A DNA stretch of 62,546 nucleotides, taken from NCBI GenBank assembly GCA_049643405.1, contig JBARPX010000080.1:1-62546 (forward strand), read 5' to 3'. The position numbers were made by a program, and so were the translations under genes. Numbering within the stretch: the stretch's first letter is position 1; every line of letters begins with the position of its first letter. The notes beneath the pieces were generated by a model. That model did not search any database. It was not told the origin of the DNA and worked only from the letters and a program-made list of their open reading frames with translations. Of the stretch, positions 57,370 through 62,546 are shown piece after piece. The stretch is from Candidatus Zixiibacteriota bacterium (GTDB taxonomy: Bacteria > Zixibacteria > MSB-5A5 > SM1-73).

Positions 57370-57873
57370 ATGCCCGAGACTGAAGATGATAGATGGATGC
57401 GACACGCCTTAGTTGAGGCAGGGTCAGCCCTGAAAAAAGGGGAGGTGCCAGTAGGGGCGGTGGTCGTATATGAGGATAAGATCATCGGGAGGGGACACAA
57501 TCAGGTGGAAGGGCTCAGCGACCCTACTGCCCATGCCGAGATCATTGCCATCGGAGCCGCTTCTACTTATCTTAACTCCTGGAGGCTCTCGGGCGCATCC
57601 CTATACGTGACTCTTGAGCCGTGCGCCATGTGCGCCGGGGCGTTAGTCTTAAGCAGAATAGACCGTTTGGTCTTCGGTCCGAAAGACCCAAAAGCAGGAG
57701 CATGTGGCTCGTTATACAATATAGTACAGGACATACGGCTGAATCATCAAGTTGAGATCGTCCCGTATATCTTAGAGAAGGAATGCAGCCAGATTTTGCA
57801 GGCGTTTTTTGAGAAGCTGCGTAAGAAGAGCCTGGAAGGAAAGAAAGGGAACACGAGTGGGAACACCGGCTAG
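57370..57873 (+). CDS. tadA: tRNA-specific adenosine deaminase
   Basis: WMRHALVEA.., VPVGAVVV, HAEIIAI (H-A-E) and TLEPCAMCAGA (PCxxC). Confidence 0.9.
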   Translation: MPETEDDRWMRHALVEAGSALKKGEVPVGAVVVYEDKIIGRGHNQVEGLSDPTAHAEIIAIGAASTYLNSWRLSGASLYVTLEPCAMCAGALVLSRIDRLVFGPKDPKAGACGSLYNIVQDIRLNHQVEIVPYILEKECSQILQAFFEKLRKKSLEGKKGNTSGNTG

Positions 57874-57883
57874 TCCCGTAGAC

Positions 57884-58357
57884 ATGGAAAGGATGCATTC
57901 CCGGCTCTTGAACCTGGGCCTGTTGCTGAACGTGTTGGCGCCGGTGGTGCTGATCTTTGTGGGTGCCCTCCTTAAGGCCGGGGGAGTCAATGCAGGTGCT
58001 GTTAGTGACCTGGGGCTCTTCTTCTGGATATTGATCGCGGTAGCCTTCTCAGAGATCCCGGCGATCTATATTGTGAAAAGAAGCTTTCTCTCCGGCAGTA
58101 GAGCTTTTCAAAAGAACCGTGGACGCTCGACAACTGAACAGGCCTTGCTCCAGAAGGGTATCATAATCTTTTCTCTTGCTCTTGCGCCGACTGTCTATGG
58201 ATTAGTATATTATCTTTTGGGCGGGACCTTGGAAAGATTTGTTCTTTTTGCGGCCATCACACTGTTTTGCTTTGTGGTGTTTAAGCCGAAACAGGAGGAA
58301 ATACGCTCTTTTGTGAAAAGGCAGACAGGCACTGAAGAGAGCCTAACAGAGTTTTGA
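57884..58357 (+). CDS. membrane protein of unknown function (4 TM)
   Basis: The ATG lies 11 nt after the tadA stop, with hydrophobic segments. The ORF-track start at 57809 overlaps tadA. Confidence 0.55.
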   Translation: MERMHSRLLNLGLLLNVLAPVVLIFVGALLKAGGVNAGAVSDLGLFFWILIAVAFSEIPAIYIVKRSFLSGSRAFQKNRGRSTTEQALLQKGIIIFSLALAPTVYGLVYYLLGGTLERFVLFAAITLFCFVVFKPKQEEIRSFVKRQTGTEESLTEF

Positions 58358-58406
58358 AGTTTTTTGTCTGTCTACTGTCTACTGTTTACTGTGTACTGAA
58401 CTCGTC

Positions 58407-58491
58407 GGAGAGGTGCCGGAGCGGTTTATCGGGGCGGTCTCGAAAACCGTTGTGCCGTAAGGCACCCCGGGTTCGAATCCCGGCCTCTCCG
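58407..58491 (+). tRNA. tRNA-Ser (anticodon CGA), long variable arm
   Basis: Acceptor GGAGAGG/CCTCTCC, anticodon loop CTCGAAA, variable arm GTGCC-GTAA-GGCAC, T-arm CCGGG-TTCGAAT-CCCGG. Confidence 0.9.
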
Positions 58492-58557
58492 CTTTTTATT
58501 CGCTCGATCGAATATCATGCAGTGTCGCTTAAGCTTGCCGTCACGAAATAGACCTCT

Positions 58558-59010
58558 GTGAAGACGATCCGCAATCTATTTAAGAACAAGAACGCAGCCG
58601 CATGGGTCTTGATGATTTCGGCAATCGCGGTTCACGTTTTGGATGAGGCGATCACCGGCTTCCTGCCCTTTTACAACGACGTGGCTCTTAACCTGAGGGC
58701 TAGTCTGGGGTTGTCTCTCCCGCCCACGTTCGCCTTCGAAACCTGGCTCGGCGGGTTGATCGCTGCCATTATCGTATGCTTTTCCCTGACCCCCGCGGTC
58801 AGCCGCGGTGGTAGGTTCATTCGGGTCCTGACCACCGCGCTGGGAATACTAATGGTAGCGAACGCCCTCGGGCACATGCTCGGCTCGTTTTACTCAGGAA
58901 GACTGCTACCCGGTTTCTGGAGCTCGCCTTTTCTGCTGGTGACGGCGGTGTACGTGGTGATTCGAGGGTTTAGCGGCGCACCTCCTATAGCCAAGAAAGT
59001 CGAAGGTTGA
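58558..59010 (+). CDS. membrane protein (HXXEE-like motif HVLDEA), tentative
   Basis: GTG start with a weak RBS and 4 TM helices. Confidence 0.5.
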   Translation: MKTIRNLFKNKNAAAWVLMISAIAVHVLDEAITGFLPFYNDVALNLRASLGLSLPPTFAFETWLGGLIAAIIVCFSLTPAVSRGGRFIRVLTTALGILMVANALGHMLGSFYSGRLLPGFWSSPFLLVTAVYVVIRGFSGAPPIAKKVEG

Positions 59011-59108
59011 AGCTTCCTGGTGAATCCTGCGTTACGGTTGCCTGAGTCCTGTTTATAGACATAGTTCTTCCTCTTCTTCTGGTATCCTCCGCCTCCTTTT
59101 AGGTTGAC

Positions 59109-59136
59109 TTGACAAAAGCACCAAAGTTGTTATATT
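59109..59136 (+). promoter_or_regulatory. sigma70-like promoter (TTGACA-16-TATATT) for the M16 peptidase operon
   Basis: TTGACA at 59109-59114 and TATATT at 59131-59136. Confidence 0.4.
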
Positions 59137-59179
59137 TGGAGAACATTTCTGGTTCGTCAACTACTAAACGGAGGAGGAA

Positions 59180-60511
59180 ATGAAGCCCCAACGAATCTTG
59201 AGTTTCACTGTTTGCCTGCTTCTGGCTGCAGCATTGCCGATCCGTGCAGCCTCAATTGACCTTGACATCCAGAAGAGGGTCCTGGACAATGGGCTGACCA
59301 TACTCACCTGCGAGGATCATTCAGTCCCCACAGTGAGCTATCAAACCTTTATGAATGTGGGTTCCCGGAATGAGGTGCAACCCGGAAAGACAGGATTGGC
59401 ACATCTGTTTGAGCACATGATGTTCCGTGGCACGGAGAGATACCCGGATTACGACCAGGCTTTGGGAAACTTTGGCCCCGAGACCAACGCTTATACCGGG
59501 GAGGATATGACGGTCTATTTTGTCAACGTCAAGGCTGAGTACTTAGAAACAGTGATAGAGGTAGAGGCTGACCGGGTCAGAAACCTGATCTTCAACGACC
59601 AGACCTTCAGGACCGAGCTTGGGCCGGTTAAAGAGGAGAGGCGCATGGGTGAGGTGGAGGATCCGGATGGATTCCTGTGGTCGGAGTTCACTCAGTTAGC
59701 TTATAAGAAGCACACCTACGGTCATTCGGTGATCGGCTTCGAGGAGGATCTGGAGAAGAACATCCAACTTGAGGATGGTCTGGAGTTTAAAAGAACGTTT
59801 TACTCTCCGGGATATGCGACCATAGTGGTGACCGGCAACTTCGATACTCCTCAGGTACTGGAATGGGTCAGGAAATACTACGGGGATTGGGAGAAACAGC
59901 CTCCGCCTGACCTGCCGATTCCCGCAGAGCCGCCGCAGACCGAAGAGAGGGTAAAGGAATACGTCTGGAAAGACAACCTGATCACGCCCAAGCTGATCAT
60001 CGGCTATCATGGTCCGGAGTTCGACATCATGTCGGACGATTTCTGCGCGTTGAGCCTAATCGGCGAGATTCTCTTCCTCAAAAGCGGCCGATTGACCAAA
60101 AGGCTGGATACTGATCTGCAAATGGTAGACTATATCTCCGGGCGGATGCAGGGTCAGAAGGACCCGGGGATGTTCACCGTCTCCACAAATCTAAAGAGAG
60201 GGAAATCGCTTCAGGAGGTCAAGAAGATAGTCTTTGAAGAGATCGATAAATTGATAGAGGAGAAGGTGAGCCAGGAGGAGTTGACCAAAGCGAGGAACTC
60301 AGTCAAGGCTTCCATGTTCTACCGCCTGAATCGCCCCTTCTCGGTTGCGTCCCTGATTGGGCGCTATCACCTGACCGGCGGAGACTACAATTTACTGTTC
60401 CAGGTCGAGGACAGATACGATTCCATCACGCCAGAGATCATTCAACAGGTGGCAGAGAAGACATTCAGACCGACCAACCGCACCGTGGTCAGCCTGGTGC
60501 CCAAAGGATAG
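59180..60511 (+). CDS. M16 (pitrilysin) family zinc peptidase, catalytic subunit
   Basis: GGAGGAGG RBS and signal peptide. Inverted zinc motif HLFEH in GLAHLFEHMMFRGT, with a downstream E (..VKEERRM). Confidence 0.85.
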   Translation: MKPQRILSFTVCLLLAAALPIRAASIDLDIQKRVLDNGLTILTCEDHSVPTVSYQTFMNVGSRNEVQPGKTGLAHLFEHMMFRGTERYPDYDQALGNFGPETNAYTGEDMTVYFVNVKAEYLETVIEVEADRVRNLIFNDQTFRTELGPVKEERRMGEVEDPDGFLWSEFTQLAYKKHTYGHSVIGFEEDLEKNIQLEDGLEFKRTFYSPGYATIVVTGNFDTPQVLEWVRKYYGDWEKQPPPDLPIPAEPPQTEERVKEYVWKDNLITPKLIIGYHGPEFDIMSDDFCALSLIGEILFLKSGRLTKRLDTDLQMVDYISGRMQGQKDPGMFTVSTNLKRGKSLQEVKKIVFEEIDKLIEEKVSQEELTKARNSVKASMFYRLNRPFSVASLIGRYHLTGGDYNLLFQVEDRYDSITPEIIQQVAEKTFRPTNRTVVSLVPKG

Positions 60512-60569
60512 AGTGACCCCTCGTCATTGCTTTTGAGAAGTTCATTCGGAATTGAAGAAGGAGGATTAA

Positions 60570-62066
60570 ATGCGATCTAATTGGCTAAAGATAGTGCTTC
60601 TGGCAAAGCTCATGTGCTTCGTCAGCCTCAGCCTTTTTTGCGGCAAGGCCGGGGAACTGGAGGTCGTCCAGGTGAAGAAGCCGGGAATACCGGTGGTTTA
60701 TTTCGAAGTAATGATCAAAGCCGGCTCAGCCTACGACCCGCCAGGCAAAGAGGGGTTGGCTTATTTCACGGCCGAATTACTGGACCGGGGGACCGCCTCG
60801 TTTTCCCGCGATGAGATCGACGAACTTTTGGATTTCATCAGCGCGCGGCTGAGTGTCGAGGTTAACAAGGAGGTCATCGTAATCTCCGGCACTACCCTGA
60901 AAGAGAATCTGGATAAGTTCTATCAGGTGTACTCCGAGATCATATTGAAGCCCACTTTCCCCGAGGATCAAATTGAGAAGACTAAGCTGGATCAATTGGA
61001 TGCCATCGAGAACACTCGCCAGAGGGATCGCAGATTGGTGAGTGAGAGTTTCGACAACTTCATTCATCGGGGACATCCGTATGGGCATCTGGTCTGCGGA
61101 AACGAATCGTCGGTCAACTCGTTGACACGGCAGGATGCTCTGAGTTTCTATCACAAGCATTTCCTCAAAAATAACATCCTTCTTGGTCTGGCTGGAGACT
61201 TCGACGATCAGTTGGTGCAGTGGCTCAGACAGGATATGTCTACATTGAACGTCGGGCAGGTGCCGGAGATCGAGGGAGAGATCCAACCGATCGTGGGAAG
61301 GAGAGTGCTCTTAATCGAGAAGGAGAAAAGAGCCCAGACCCAATTCAGGATCGGTCATCCCTTTGATCTGACCCGGCATTCTCCGGACTACTTCCCCATG
61401 CTGGTGGCCAATGCTCATCTGGGAAAACACCGGGAGTCGATAGGCAGGCTGTACAAGACCGTCAGAATGGAGCGGGGTTTGTGTTATGGAGCCTACAGCT
61501 ACATCGAGCACTTCGAACAGTTTGGGTGGGGTAAACTGGCCAGCCCCAACTGTCCCCGGAAGGCGCAATACTTCAGCATGTGGACTTATCCCAAGTGCGC
61601 CAATGCCAAGTTCGCCATGAAACTCTGCCTTAAGGAGATGACCGATCTGGCCACGAATGGTATCCCCGAGGACAAACTGGAGTTCATAAAGAGCTTCGAG
61701 AAGAATCAATTTCCCTTCCAGATCGAAACTCCGCAGAGAAAACTGGCCCACATGATGGCTGAAAAGTACTACGGCACTTTTGGCTTCGTGGATCATTTTG
61801 AAAGCGAAGTGGAGGGTGTGACCAAGGAGAAAATCGATAGGGCGGCCCAGATGTATCTTTCTCCGGACAACGTGGCCATCGTGGCTTTGGTCTCCGACGC
61901 GGAGGAATTCATAAAGGAGGTTCTGTCCGATCAGACTGTCATCGAGTATCCCTCTCAGGCAAACCCGACCATGCTCCGGGAGGAGGATGATCAGATCAAG
62001 GCTTTCGATCTAAAGCTAACAGAAGACGACTTCGAGATCGTGAAGGCGTCTGAGCTTTTCAAGTAG
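60570..62066 (+). CDS. M16 family peptidase, non-catalytic partner subunit
   Basis: AAGGAGG RBS. M16 fold signatures are present, but HxxEH is replaced (GLAYFTAELLDRGT). Confidence 0.8.
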   Translation: MRSNWLKIVLLAKLMCFVSLSLFCGKAGELEVVQVKKPGIPVVYFEVMIKAGSAYDPPGKEGLAYFTAELLDRGTASFSRDEIDELLDFISARLSVEVNKEVIVISGTTLKENLDKFYQVYSEIILKPTFPEDQIEKTKLDQLDAIENTRQRDRRLVSESFDNFIHRGHPYGHLVCGNESSVNSLTRQDALSFYHKHFLKNNILLGLAGDFDDQLVQWLRQDMSTLNVGQVPEIEGEIQPIVGRRVLLIEKEKRAQTQFRIGHPFDLTRHSPDYFPMLVANAHLGKHRESIGRLYKTVRMERGLCYGAYSYIEHFEQFGWGKLASPNCPRKAQYFSMWTYPKCANAKFAMKLCLKEMTDLATNGIPEDKLEFIKSFEKNQFPFQIETPQRKLAHMMAEKYYGTFGFVDHFESEVEGVTKEKIDRAAQMYLSPDNVAIVALVSDAEEFIKEVLSDQTVIEYPSQANPTMLREEDDQIKAFDLKLTEDDFEIVKASELFK

Positions 62067-62088
62067 GGGCGGAGCTTAAGCTCCGCCC
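62067..62088 (+). terminator. GC-rich hairpin right after the M16 partner stop (possible terminator, weak T-run)
   Basis: gggcggagc-ttaa-gctccgccc, a 9-bp perfect stem. Confidence 0.35.
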
Positions 62089-62358
62089 GCATTTGGGCGA
62101 ATCTGCGGTTCGACTTTGCTCACCGCCCTGAGGAATTCGAAGGGAAGATTCGCTCCTACGCACCTCTATTGAGGGTTCCTGTGCGAGGTCTTATTCACAG
62201 CAGATGAAGCTGATTAAACGGATTCTTGCAGCAGATTGTCTGCCCGCAAGATCTTTAGAGAGATACTTGAATCTGCTTAATCCTGATAATCAGCTGTGAG
62301 GGAAAAACGACAGCCGCAGAGACTTGCGGGTCTGAGCAAAAGCCCGCAAACTACTAAG

Positions 62359-62420
62359 GTAGGGACAGGGCTCGTCCCTGTCCGAAGATAGAGGCGGACA
62401 GCCACAAGGGCTGTCCCTAC
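62359..62420 (+). repeat. Y-shaped double-hairpin element (GTAGG...CCTAC type), second copy
   Basis: Outer gtagggacag/ctgtccctac encloses ggacaggg-ctcgt-ccctgtcc and ggacagcc-acaa-ggctgtcc-type hairpins. Confidence 0.5.
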
Positions 62421-62469
62421 GTCTGTTTCCTCGTCTGTGGTGTTAGATGGCAAGATAAATCAATCGAGA

Positions 62470-62546
62470 ATGCGGAGCAAAAAGAACAATTCACTTCAGA
62501 GTCCTGAAGAAGGATTCCAGCCGTACATTCCTTCGAGCAAGGTCAT
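62470..62546 (+). CDS. possible 5' end of a CDS running off the window (MRSKKNNSLQSPEEGFQPYIPSSKV..)
   Basis: ATG at 62470 with an open frame to the window end. No clear RBS, and only 25 codons are visible. Confidence 0.25.
   Translation, partial: MRSKKNNSLQSPEEGFQPYIPSSKV

Noticed and set aside
58354-58551. 65-aa ORF
   Set aside because: It is entirely explained by tRNA-Ser(CGA) at 58407-58491.

Overview
This 62.5-kb chromosomal segment looks like it comes from an uncultured bacterium of the FCB (Bacteroidota-related) radiation. The lineage call rests on a T9SS-type C-terminal sorting domain, a PorV/PorQ-like barrel, and several very large secreted proteins with dockerin-like tails. All analysis was done by eye from the sequence and the ORF track. 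No database search, GC calculation or RNA folding was run, and motif coordinates were hand-counted.

I support about 45 CDS and 3 tRNAs (Val-TAC, Asp-GTC, Ser-CGA). There is no rRNA, CRISPR array, transposase or integrase. Several ORF-track starts were moved downstream to ATGs that have an RBS and a signal peptide.

Content:
- Housekeeping: uvrB, pcm, tadA, catalase, proline dehydrogenase, P5C dehydrogenase (pruA), an M16 peptidase pair, an MFS transporter and a cold-shock protein.
- Envelope and secretome: a GT39-TPR glycosyltransferase, a GT4 plus WbaP-like EPS initiation pair, a type IV pilin, an SBBP propeller protein, a C25 (gingipain-family) protease and a 1215-aa beta-helix protein.

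Most interesting observations:
1. A minus-strand operon at 42.3-48.1 kb encodes a PLP enzyme, a DUF1611 protein, a QueC-like PP-loop::creatininase fusion and an enolase-superfamily epimerase. It is bracketed by about 60-bp direct repeats derived from the 3' end of the neighbouring lipoprotein gene.
2. A 1.75-kb islet without an integrase sits at tRNA-Asp, bounded by an att-like repeat. It carries a translationally coupled TIGR04255-like / HicB-like / HicA-like trio.
3. A 1.7-kb ORF-poor region (54.9-56.6 kb) has two paralogous near-consensus minus-strand promoters. One would drive a roughly 1-kb non-coding transcript.
4. A solitary MmeI-like type IIG methyltransferase has an altered nuclease motif.
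5. A recurring pattern: cassettes flanked by direct repeats of host-gene ends or by short repeat elements. Examples are the DUF456 duplication, the RGTTCRT heptad elements and the GTCAGGTC hairpin family.

All functional calls are family-level recognitions from memory and need HMM or BLAST confirmation.
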